Shown here: positions 1-11,800 of the stretch, in pieces | Position numbering within the stretch: the stretch's first letter is position 1 | Layout of the letters: the number at the start of each line of letters is the position of its first letter | Assembly (NCBI RefSeq): GCF_009914755.1 | Contig: NC_060926.1 | DNA: 64,000 bases | Reading direction: 5' to 3' (one strand) | From: the human T2T-CHM13v2.0 reference genome, Homo sapiens | Position numbers and translations under genes: made by a program | Notes under the pieces: generated by a model | Seen by the model: the letters and a program-made list of their open reading frames with translations, nothing else | What the model was told of the DNA's origin: nothing | Databases searched by the model: none

Positions 1-202
1 CTGGAAGTGGACATTTGGAGCGCTCTCAAGACTGCGGTGAAAAAGGAACTATCTTCCAATAAAAGCTAGATAGAAGCAATGTCAGAAACTTTTTCATGAT
101 GTATCTACTCAGCTAACAGAGTTGAACCTTTCCTTTGAGAGAGCAGTTTTGAAACACTCTTTTTGTGGAATCTGCAAGTGGATATTTGTCTAGATTTGAG
201 GA

Positions 203-219
203 TTTCGTTGGAAACGGGA
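203..219 (+). promoter_or_regulatory. CENP-B box (first example; recurs about every 340 bp, roughly 190 copies expected from the spacing)
   Basis: TTTCGTTGGAAACGGGA matches the consensus YTTCGTTGGAARCGGGA with all nine essential positions (nTTCGnnnnAnnCGGGn). Next copies at 541, 879 and 1221. Spacing is 338 after a C-type tail (ttacatata) and 342 after an A-type tail (ttgtcttcatata). Confidence 0.97.
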
Positions 220-707
220 TTACATATAAAAAGCAGACAGCAGCATTCCCAGTAACTTCTTTGTGATGTTTGCATTCAAGTCACAGAGTTGAACATTCAC
301 TTTCATAGAGCAGGTTTGAAACACTCTTTTTGTAGTATCTGGATGTGGACATTTGGAGCGCTTTCAGGCCTATGGTGCAAAAGGAAATATCTTCCCCTGA
401 AAACTAGACAGAAGCATTCTCAGAAACTTATTTGTGATGTGCGCCCTCAACTAACAGTGTTGAACCTTTCTTTTGATAGAGCAGTTTTGAAACACTCTTT
501 TTGTAATATCTGCAAGAGGATATTTGGATAGCTTTGAGGATTTCGTTGGAAACGGGATTACATATAAAAAGCAGACAGCAGCATTCCCAGAATCTTGTTT
601 GTGATGTTTGCATTCAAGTCACAGAGTTGAACATTCCCTTTCAGAGAGCAGGTTTGAAACACTCTTTTTATAGTGTCTGGATGTGGACATTTGGAGCGCT
701 TTCAGGC

Positions 708-724
708 CTATGGTGAAAAAGGAA
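708..724 (+). promoter_or_regulatory. pJ-alpha box (example), at the CENP-B-box-equivalent position of the alternate monomers
   Basis: CTATGGTGAAAAAGGAA in monomer D matches the known pJ-alpha motif CTAYGGTGAAAAAGGAA. Monomer B carries the variants ctgcggtgaaaaaggaa and atacggtgataaagg. Confidence 0.8.
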
Positions 725-3700
725 ATATCTTCTCCTGTAAACTAGACAGAAGCATTCTCAGAAACTTATTTGTGATGTGCGCCCTCAACTAACAGTGTTG
801 AAGCTTTCTTTTGATAGAGCAGTTTTGAAACACTCTTTTTGTAAAATCTGCAAGAGGATATTTGGATAGCTTTGAGGATTTCGTTGGAAACGGGATTGTC
901 TTCATATAAACTCTAGACAGAAGCATTCTCAGAAGCTTCATTGGGATGTTTCAACTGAAGTCACAGTGTTGAACAGTCCCTTTCATAGAGCAGGTTTGAA
1001 ACACTCTTTTTGTAGTATCTGGAAGTGGACATTTGGAACGCTCTCAGGACTGCGGTGAAAAAGGAAATATCTTCCAATAAAAGCTAGATAGAAGCAATGT
1101 CAGAAACTTTTTCATGATGTATCTACTCAGCTAACAGAGTTGAACCTTTCTTTTGAGAGAGCAGTTTTGCAACACTCTTTTTGTGGAATCTGCAAGTGGA
1201 TATTAGTCTAGCTTTGAGGATTTCGTTGGAAACGGGATTACATATAAAAAGCAGACAGCAGCATTCCCAGTAACTTCTTTGTGATGTTTGCATTCAAGTC
1301 ACAGAGTTGAACATTCCCTTTCATAGAGCAGGTTTGAAACACTTTTTTTGTAGTATCTGGATGTGGATATTTGGAGCGCTTTCAGGCCTATGGTGAAAAA
1401 GGAAATATCTTCCAATAAAAGCTACATAGAAGCATTCTCAGAAACTTATTTTTGATGTGCACCCTCAACTAACAGTGTTGAAGCTTTCTTTTGATAGAGC
1501 AGTTTTGAAACACTCTTTTTGTAATATCTGCAAGAGGATATTTGGATAGCTTTGAGGATTTCGTTGGAAACGGGATTGTCTTCATATAAACTCTAGACAG
1601 AAGCATTCTCAGAAGCTTCATTGGGATGTTTCAATTGAAGTCACAGTGTTGAACAGTCCCTTTCATAGAGCAGGTTTGAAACACTCTTTTTGTAGTATCT
1701 GGAAGTGGACATTTGGAACGCTCTCAGGACTGCGGTGAAAAAGGAAATATCTTCCAATAAAAGCTAGATAGAAGCAATGTCAGAAACTTTTTCATGATGT
1801 ATCTACTCAGCTAACAGAGTTGAACCTTTCTTTTGAGAGAGCAGTTTTGAAACACTCTTTTTGTGGAATCTGCAAGTGGATATTTGTCTAGCTTTGAGGA
1901 TTTCGTTGGAAACGGGATTACATATAAAAAGCAGACAGCAGCATTCCCAGTAACTTCTTTGTGATGTTTGCATTCAAGTCACAGAGTTGAACATTCCCTT
2001 TCATAGAGCAGGTTTGAAACACTTTTTTTGTAGTATCTGGATGTGGACATTTGGAGCGGTTTCAGGCCTATGGTGAAAAAGGAAATATCTTCCAATAAAA
2101 GCTACATAAAAGCAATGTCAGAAACTTTTTCATGATGTATCTACTCAGCTAACAGAGTTGAACCTTTCCTTTGAGAGAGCAGTTTTGAAACACTCTTTTT
2201 GTGGAATCTGCAGGTGGATATTTGTCTAGTTTTGAGGATTTCGTTGGAAACGGGATTACATATAAAAAGCAGACAGCAGCATTCCCAGTAACTTCTTTGT
2301 GATGTTTGCATTCAAGTCACAGAGTTGAACATTGCCTTTCATAGAGCAGGTTTCAAACACTCTTTTTGTAGTATCTGGATGTGGACATTTGGAGCGCTTT
2401 CAGGCCTATGGTGAAAAAGGAAATATCTTCCCCTGAAAACTAGACAGAAGCATTCTCAGAATCTTATTTGTGATGTGCGCCCTCAACTAACAGTGTTGAA
2501 GCTTTCTTTTGATAGAGCAGTTTTGAAACACTCTTTTTGTAAAATCTGCAAGAGGATATTTGGATAGCTTTGAGGATTTCGTTGGAAACGGGATTGTCTT
2601 CATATAAACTCTAGACAGAAGCATTCTCAGAAGCTTCATTGGGATGTTTCAATTGAAGTCACAGTGTTGAACAGTCCCTTTCATAGAGCAGGTTTCAAAC
2701 ACTCTTTTTGTAGTATCTGGATGTGGACATTTGGAGCGCTTTCAGGCCTATGGTTTAAAAGGAAATATCTTCCCCTGAAAACTAGACAGAAGCATTCTCA
2801 GAAACTTATTTGTGATGTGCGCCCTCAACTAACAGTGTTGAAGAATTCTTTTGACAGAGCAGTTTTGAAACACTCTTTTTGTGGAATCTGCAAGTGGATA
2901 TTTGTCTAGCTTTGAGGATTTCGTTGGAAACGGGATTACATATGAAAAGCAGACAGCAGCATTCCCAGAAACTTCTTTGTGATGTTTGCATTCAACTCAC
3001 AGAGTTGAACATTCCCTTTCATAGAGCAGGTTTGAAACACTCTTTTTGTAGTATCTGGATGTGGACATTTGGAGCGCTTTCAGGCCTATGGTGAAAAAGG
3101 AAATATCTTCCCCTGAAAACTAGACAGAAGCATTCTCAGAAACTTATTTGTGATGTGCGCCCTCAACTAACAGTGTTGAAGCTTTCTTTTGATAGAGCAG
3201 TTTTGAAACACTCTTTTTGTAATATCTGCAAGAGGATATTTGGATAGCTTTGAGGATTTCGTTGGAAACGGGATTAATTATAAAAAGCAGACAGCAGCAT
3301 TCCCAGAATCTTGTTTGTGATGTTTGCATTCAAGTCACAGAGTTGAACATTCCCTTTCCGAGAGCAGGTTTGAAACACTCTTTTTATAGTATCTGGATGT
3401 GGACATTTGGAGCGCTTTCAGGCCTATGGTGAAAAAGGAAATATCTTCTCCTGAAAACTAGACAGAAGCATTCTCAGAATCTTATTTGTGATGTGCGCCC
3501 TCAACTAACAGTGTTGAAGCTTTCTTTTGATAGAGCAGTTTTGAAACACTCTTTTCGTAAAATCTGCAAGAGGATATTTTGATAGCTTTGAGGATTTCGT
3601 TGGAAACGGGATTGTCTTCATATAAACTCTAGACAGAAGCATTCTCAGAAGCTTCATTGGGATGTTTCAATTGAAGTCACAGTGTTGAACAGTCCCTTTC

Positions 3701-5160
3701 ATAGAGCAGGTTTGAAACACTCTTTTTATAGTATCTGGAAGTGGACATTTGGAGAGATCTCAGGAATACGGTGATAAAGGAAATATCTTCCAATAAAAGC
3801 TAGATAGAAGCAATGTCAGAAACTTTTTCATGATGTATCTACTCAGCTAACAGAGTTGAACCTTTCTTTTGAGAGAGCAGTTTTGAAACACTCTTTTTGT
3901 GGAATCTGCAAGAGGATATTTGTCTAGCTTTGAGGATTTCGTTGGAAACGGGATTACATATAAAAAGCAGACAGCAGCATTCCCAGTAACTTCTTTGTGA
4001 GGTTTGCATTCAAGTGACAGAGTTGAACATTCCCTTTCATAGAGCAGGTTTGAAACACTCTTTTTGTAGTATCTGGATGTGGACATTTGGAGCGCTTTCA
4101 GGCCTATGGTGAAAAAGGAAATATCTTCCAATAAAAGCTACATAGAAGCAATGTCAGAAACTTTTTCATGATGTATCTACTCAGCTAACAGAGTTGAACC
4201 TTTCTTTTGAGAGAGCAGTTTTGAAACACTCTTTTTGTGGAATCTGGAAGTGGATATTTGTCTAGCTTTGAGGATTTCGTTGGAAACGGGATTACATATA
4301 AAAAGCAGACAGCAGCATTCCCAGTAACTTCTTTGTGACGTTTGCATTCAAGTCACAGAGTTGAACATTCCCTTTCATAGAGCAGGTTTGAAACACTCTT
4401 TTTGTAGTATCTGGATGTGGACATTTGGAGCGCTTTCAGGCCTATGGTGAAAAAGGAAATATCTTCCCCTGAAAACTAGACAGAAGAATTCTCAGAATCT
4501 TATTTGTGATGTGCGCCATCAACTAACAGTGTTGAAGCTTTCTTTTGATAGAGCAGTTTTGAAACACTCTTTTTGTAAAATCTGCAAGAGGATATTTGGA
4601 TAGCTTTGAGGATTTCGTTGGAAACGGGATTGTCTTCATATAAACTCTAGACAGAAGCATTCTCAGAAGCGTCATTGGGATGTTTCAATTGAAGTCACAG
4701 TGTTGAACATTCCCTTTCATAGAGCAGGTTTGAAACACTCTTTTTGTAGTATCTGGATGTGGACATTTGGAGCGCTTTCAGGCCTATGGTTTAAAAGGAA
4801 ATATCTTCCCCTGAAAACTAGACAGAAGCATTCTCAGAAACTTATTTGTGATGTGCGCCCTCAACTAACAGTGTTGAAGCATTCTTTTGATAGAGCAGTT
4901 TTGAAACACTCTTTTTGTGGAATCTGCAAGTGGATATTTGTCTAGCTTTGAGGATTTCGTTGGAAACGGGATTACATATAAAAAGCAGACAGCAGCATTC
5001 CCAGTAACTTCTTTGTGATGTTTGCATTCAAGTCAGAGAGTTGAACATTCCCTTTCATAGAGCAGGTTTGAAACACTCTTTTTGAAGTATCTGGTTGTGG
5101 ACATTTGGAGCGATTTCAGGCCTAAGGTGAAAAAGGAAATATCTTCCCCTGAAAACTAGA

Positions 5161-5840
5161 CAGAAGCATTCTCAGAAACTTATTTGTGATGTGCGCCCTC
5201 AACTAACAGTGTTGAACCTTTCTTTTGATAGCGCAGTTTTGAAACACTCTTTTTGTAATATCTGCAAGAGGATATTTGGATAGCTTTGAGGATTTCGTTG
5301 GAAACGGGATTGTCTTCATATAAACTCTAGACAGAAGCATTCTCAGAAGCTTCATTGGGATGTTTCAATTGAAGTCACAGTGTTGAACAGTCCCTTTCAT
5401 AGAGCAGGTTTGAAACACTCTTTTTGTAGTATCTGGAAGTGGACATTTGGAGCGCTCTCAGGACTACGATGATAAAGGAAATATCTTCCAATAAAAGCTA
5501 GATAGAAGCAATGTCAGAAACTTTTTCATGATGTATCTACTCAGCTAACAGAGTTGAACCTTTCTTTTGAGAGAGCAGTTTTGAAACACTCTTTTTGTGG
5601 AATCTGCAAGTGGATATTTGTCTAGCTTTGAGGATTTCGTTGGAAACGGGATTACATATAAAAAGCAGACAGCAGCATTCCCAGAATCTTCTTTGTGATG
5701 TTTGCATTCAAGTCACAGAGTTGAACATTCCCTTTCATAGAGCAGGTTTGAAACACTCTTTTTGTAGTATCTGGATGTGGACATTTGGAGCGCTTTCAGG
5801 CCTATGGTGAAAAAGGAAATATCTTCCCCTGAAAACTAGA
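5161..5840 (+). repeat. Representative canonical 680-bp tetramer HOR unit (A 5161-5331, B 5332-5502, C 5503-5669, D 5670-5840)
   Basis: Monomer starts: cagaagcattctcagaaact (A), cagaagcattctcagaagcttcattggg (B), tagaagcaatgtcagaaac (C), cagcagcattcccag (D). Lengths 171+171+167+171=680. XbaI TCTAGA at 5326 and again at 6006. Confidence 0.95.
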
Positions 5841-8800
5841 CAGAAGCATTCTCAGAATCTTATTTGTGATGTGCGCCCTCAACTAACAGTGTTGAAGCTT
5901 TCTTTTGATAGAGCAGTTTTGAAACACTCTTTTTGTAAAATCTGCAAGAGGATATTTGGATAGCTTTGAGGATTTCGTTGGAAACGGGATTGTCTTCATA
6001 TAAACTCTAGACAGAAGCATTCTCAGAAGCTTCATTGGGATGTTTCAATTGAAGTCACAGTGTTGAACAGTCCCTTTCATAGAGCAGGTTTGAAACACTC
6101 TTTTTGTAGTATCTGGAAGTGGACATTTGGAGCGCTCTCAGGACTGCGGTGAAAAAGGAAATATCTTCCAATAAAAGCTAGATAGAAGCAATGTCAGAAA
6201 CTTTTTCATGATGTATCTACTCAGCTAACAGAGTTGAACCTTCATTTGAGACAGCAGTTTTGAAACACTCGTTTTGTGGAATCTGCAAGTGGATATTTGT
6301 CTAGCTTTGAGGATTTCGTTGGAAACGGGATTACATATAAAAAGCAGACAGCAGCATTCCCAGAAACTTCTTTGTGATGTTTGCATTCAAGTCACAGAGT
6401 TGAACATTCCCTTTCATAGAGCAGGTTTGAAACACTCTTTTTGTAGTATCTGGATGTGTACATTTGCAGCGCTTTCAGGCCTAAGGTGAAAAAGGAAATA
6501 TCTTCCCCTGAAAACTAGACAGAAGCATTCTCAGAAACTTATTTGTGATGTGCGCCCTCAACTAACAGTGTTGAAGCTTTCTTTTGATAGAGCAGTTTTG
6601 AAACACTCTTTTTGTAATATCTGCAAGAGGATATTTGGATAGCTTTGAGGATTTCGTTGGAAACGGGTTTGTCATCATATAAACTCTAGACAGAAGCATT
6701 CTCAGAAGCTTCATTGGGATGTTTCAATTGAAGTCACAGTGTTGAACAGTTCCTTTCATAGAACAGGTTTGAAACACTCTTTTTGTAGTATCTGGAAGTG
6801 GACATTTGGAGCGCTCTCAGGACTATGGTGAAAAAGGAAATATCTTCCAATAAAAGCTACATAGAAGCAATGTCAGAAACTTTTTCATGATGTATCTACT
6901 CAGCTAACAGAGTTGAACCTTTCCTTTGAGAGAGCAGTTTTGAAACACTCTTTTTGTGGAATCTGCAAGTGGATATTTGTCTAGCTTTGAGGATTTCGTT
7001 GGAAACGGGATTACATATAAAAAGCAGACAGCAGCATTCCCAGTAACTTCTTTGTGATGTTTGCATTCAAGTCACAGAGTTGAATATTCCCTTTCATAGA
7101 GCAGGTTTGAAACACTCTTTTTGTAGTATCTGGATGTGGACATTTGGAGCGCTTTCAGGCCTATGGTGAAAAAGGAAATATCTTCCCCTGAAAACTAGAC
7201 AGAAGCATTCTCAGAAACTTATTTGTGATGTGCGCCCTCAACTAACAGTGTTGAACCTTTCTTTTGATAGAGCAGTTTTGAAACACTCTTTTTGTAAAAT
7301 CTGCAAGAGGATATTTGGATAGCTTTGAGGATTTCGTTGGAAACGGGATTGTCTTCATATAAACTCTAGACAGAAGCATTCTCAGAAGCTTCATTGGGAT
7401 GTTTCAATTGAAGTCACAGTGTTGAACAGTCCCTTTCATAGAGCAGGTTTGAAACACTCTTTTTGTAGTATCTGGATGTGGACATTTGGAGCGCTTTCAG
7501 GCCTATGGTTTAAAAGGAAATATCTTCCCCTGAAAACTAGACAGAAGCATTCTCAGAAACTTATTTGTGATGTGCGCCCTCAACTAACAGTGTTGAAGCA
7601 TTCTTTTGATAGAGCAGTTTTGAAACACTCTTTTTGTGGAATCTGCAAGTGGATATTTGTCTAGCTTTGAGGATTTCGTTGGAAACGGGATTAATTATAA
7701 AAAGCAGACAGCAGCATTCCCAGAATCTTGTTTGTGATGTTTGCATTCAAGTCACAGAGTTGAACATTCCCTTTCAGAGAGCAGGTTTGAAACACTCTTT
7801 TTATAGTATCTGGATGTGGACATTTGGAGCGCTTTCAGGCCTATGATGAAAAAGGAAATATCTTCTCCTGAAAACTAGACAGAAGCATTCTCAGAATCTT
7901 ATTTGTGATGTGCGCCCTCAACTAACAGTGTTGAAGCTTTCTTTTGATAGAGCAGTTTTGAAACACTCTTTTCGTAAAATCTGCAAGAGGATATTTGGAT
8001 AGCTTTGAGGATTTCGTTGGAAACGGGATTGTCTTCATATAAACTCTAGACAGAAGCATTCTCAGAAGCTTCATTGGGATGTTTCAATTGAAGTCACAGT
8101 GTTGAACAGTCCCTTTCATAGAGCAGGTTTGAAACACTCTTTTTGTAGTATCTGGAAGTGGACATTTGGAGAGATCTCAGGAATACGGTGATAAAGGAAA
8201 TATCTTCCAATAAAAGCTAGATAGAAGCAATGTCAGAAACTTTTTCATGATGTATCTACTCAGCTAACAGAGTTGAACCTTTCTTTTGAGAGAGCAGTTT
8301 TGAAACACTCTTTTTGTGGAATCTGCAAGTGGATATTTGTCTAGCTTTGAGGATTTCGTTGGAAACGGGATTACATATAAAAAGCAGACAGCAGCATTCC
8401 CAGTAACTTCTTTGTGATGTTTGCATTCAAGTCACAGAGTTGAACATTCCCTTTCATAGAGCAGGTTTGAAACACTTTTTTTGTAGTATCTGGATGTGGA
8501 CATTTGGAGCGCTTTCAGGCCTATGGTGAAAAAGGAAATATCTTCCAATAAAAGCTAGATAGAAGCAATGTCAGAAACTTTTTCATGATGTATCTACTCA
8601 GCTAACAGAGTTGAACCTTTCTTTTGAGAGAGCAGTTTTGAAACACTCTTTTTGTAAAATCTGCAAGAGGATATTTGGATAGCTTTGAAGATTTCGTTGG
8701 AAACGGGATTGTCTTCATATAAACTCTAGACAGAAGCATTCTCAGAAGCGTCATTGGGATGTTTCAATTGAAGTCACAGTGTTGAACAGTCCCTTTCATA

Positions 8801-11800
8801 GAGCAGGTTTGAAACACTCTTTTTGTAGTATCTGGATGTGGACATTTGGAGCGCTTTCAGCCCTATGGTGAAAAAGGAAATATCTTCCCCTGAAAACTAG
8901 ACAGAAGCATTCTCAGAATCTTATTTGTGATGTGCGCCCTCAACTAACAGTGTTGAAGCTTTCTTTTTATAGAGCAGTTTTGAAACACTCTTTTTGTAAT
9001 ATCTGCAAGAGGATATTTGGATAGCTTTGAGGATTTCGTTGGAAACGGGATTACATATAAAAAGCAGACAGCAGCATTCCCAGAATCTTGTTTGTGATGT
9101 TTGCATTCAAGTCACAGAGTTGAACATTCCCTTTCAGAGAGCAGGTTTGAAACACTCTTTTTATAGTGTCTGGATGTGGACATTTGGAGCGCTTTCAGGC
9201 CTATGGTGAAAAAGGAAATATCTTCTCCTGTAAACTAGACAGAAGCATTCTCAGAAACTTATTTGTGATGTGCGCCCTCAACTAACAGTGTTGAAGCTTT
9301 CTTTTGATAGAGCAGTTTTGAAACACTCTTTTTGTAAAATCTGCAAGAGGATATTTGGATAGCTTTGAGGATTTCGTTGGAAACGGGATTGTCTTCATAT
9401 AAACTCTAGACAGAAGCATTCTCAGAAGCTTCATTGGGATGTTTCAATTGAAGTCACAGTGTTGAACAGTCCCTTTCATAGAGCAGGTTTGAAACACTCT
9501 TTTTGTAGTATCTGGAAGTGGACATTTGGAACGCTCTCAGGACTGCGGTGAAAAAGGAAATATCTTCCAATAAAAGCTAGATAGAAGCAATGTCAGAAAC
9601 TTTTTCATGATGTATCTACTCAGCTAACAGAGTTGAACCTTTCTTTTGAGAGAGCAGTTTTGCAACACTCTTTTTGTGGAATCTGCAAGTGGATATTAGT
9701 CTAGCTTTGAGGATTTCGTTGGAAACGGGATTACATATAAAAAGCAGACAGCAGCATTCCCAGTAACTTCTTTGTGATGTTTGCATTCAAGTCACAGAGT
9801 TGAACATTCCCTTTCATAGAGCAGGTTTGAAACACTTTTTTTGTAGTATCTGGATGTGGATATTTGGAGCGCTTTCAGGCCTATGGTGAAAAAGGAAATA
9901 TCTTCCAATAAAAGCTACATAGAAGCATTCTCAGAAACTTATTTTTGATGTGCACCCTCAACTAACAGTGTTGAAGCTTTCTTTTGATAGAGCAGTTTTG
10001 AAACACTCTTTTTGTAATATCTGCAAGAGGATATTTGGATAGCTTTGAGGATTTCGTTGGAAACGGGATTGTCTTCATATAAACTCTAGACAGAAGCATT
10101 CTCAGAAGCTTCATTGGGATGTTTCAATTGAAGTCACAGTGTTGAACAGTCCCTTTCATAGAGCAGGTTTGAAACACTCTTTTTGTAGTATCTGGAAGTG
10201 GACATTTGGAACGCTCTCAGGACTGCGGTGAAAAAGGAAATATCTTCCAATAAAAGCTAGATAGAAGCAATGTCAGAAACTTTTTCATGATGTATCTACT
10301 CAGCTAACAGAGTTGAACCTTTCTTTTGAGAGAGCAGTTTTGAAACACTCTTTTTGTGGAATCTGCAAGTGGATATTTGTCTAGCTTTGAGGATTTCGTT
10401 GGAAACGGGATTACATATAAAAAGCAGACAGCAGCATTCCCAGTAACTTCTTTGTGATGTTTGCATTCAAGTCACAGAGTTGAACATTCCCTTTCATAGA
10501 GCAGGTTTGAAACACTTTTTTTGTAGTATCTGGATGTGGACATTTGGAGCGGTTTCAGGCCTATGGTGAAAAAGGTAATATCTTCCAATAAAAGCTACAT
10601 AAAAGCAATGTCAGAAACTTTTTCATGATGTATCTACTCAGCTAACAGAGTTGAACCTTTCCTTTGAGAGAGCAGTTTTGAAACACTCTTTTTGTGGAAT
10701 CTGCAGGTGGATATTTGTCTAGTTTTGAGGATTTCGTTGGAAACGGGATTACATATAAAAAGCAGACAGCAGCATTCCCAGTAACTTCTTTGTGATGTTT
10801 GCATTCAAGTCACAGAGTTGAACATTGCCTTTCATAGAGCAGGTTTCAAACACTCTTTTTGTAGTATCTGGATGTGGACATTTGGAGCGCTTTCAGGCCT
10901 ATGGTGAAAAAGGAAATATCTTCACCTGAAAACTAGACAGAAGCATTCTCAGAATCTTATTTGTGATGTGCGCCCTCAACTAACAGTGTTGAAGCTTTCT
11001 TTTGATAGAGCAGTTTTGAAACACTCTTTTTGTAAAATCTGCAAGAGGATATTTGGATAGCTTTGAGGATTTCGTTGGAAACGGGATTGTCTTCATATAA
11101 ACTCTAGACAGAAGCATTCTCAGAAGCTTCATTGGGATGTTTCAATTGAAGTCACAGTGTTGAACAGTCCCTTTCATAGAGCAGGTTTCAAACACTCTTT
11201 TTGTAGTATCTGGATGTGGACATTTGGAGCGCTTTCAGGCCTATGGTTTAAAAGGAAATATCTTCCCCTGAAAACTAGACAGAAGCATTCTCAGAAACTT
11301 ATTTGTGATGTGCGCCCTCAACTAACAGTGTTGAAGAATTCTTTTGACAGAGCAGTTTTGAAACACTCTTTTTGTGGAATCTGCAAGTGGATATTTGTCT
11401 AGCTTTGAGGATTTCGTTGGAAACGGGATTACATATGAAAAGCAGACAGCAGCATTCCCAGAAACTTCTTTGTGATGTTTGCATTCAACTCACAGAGTTG
11501 AACATTCCCTTTCATAGAGCAGGTTTGAAACACTCTTTTTGTAGTATCTGGATGTGGACATTTGGAGCGCTTTCAGGCCTATGGTGAAAAAGGAAATATC
11601 TTCCCCTGAAAACTAGACAGAAGCATTCTCAGAAACTTATTTGTGATGTGCGCCCTCAACTAACAGTGTTGAAGCTTTCTTTTGATAGAGCAGTTTTGAA
11701 ACACTCTTTTTGTAATATCTGCAAGAGGATATTTGGATAGCTTTGAGGATTTCGTTGGAAACGGGATTAATTATAAAAAGCAGACAGCAGCATTCCCAGA

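Noticed and set aside
58-63. AATAAA polyadenylation-like hexamer in each B monomer
   Set aside because: It is part of the AT-rich consensus repeat, with no associated gene or transcript evidence in the sequence.
203-1237. CRISPR-like pattern of a conserved ~30-bp motif at regular intervals
   Set aside because: The intervening sequences are themselves repeats, not unique spacers. The spacing is ~340 bp, the motif is the CENP-B box region, and there are no cas genes.
1612-1640. Short palindromes GAAGCTTC and TTCAATTGAA in monomer B as a cruciform or terminator signal
   Set aside because: They are only 8-10 bp, are part of the consensus monomer, and short dyads are commonplace in alpha satellite. 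The sequence gives no evidence of specific function.
6238-6250. 1-bp deletion in monomer C (aaccttcatttg / aaccttcctttg) giving 679-bp units
   Set aside because: An ordinary slippage in a T run, propagated by the duplications already described. It explains small offset differences but is not a separate phenomenon.
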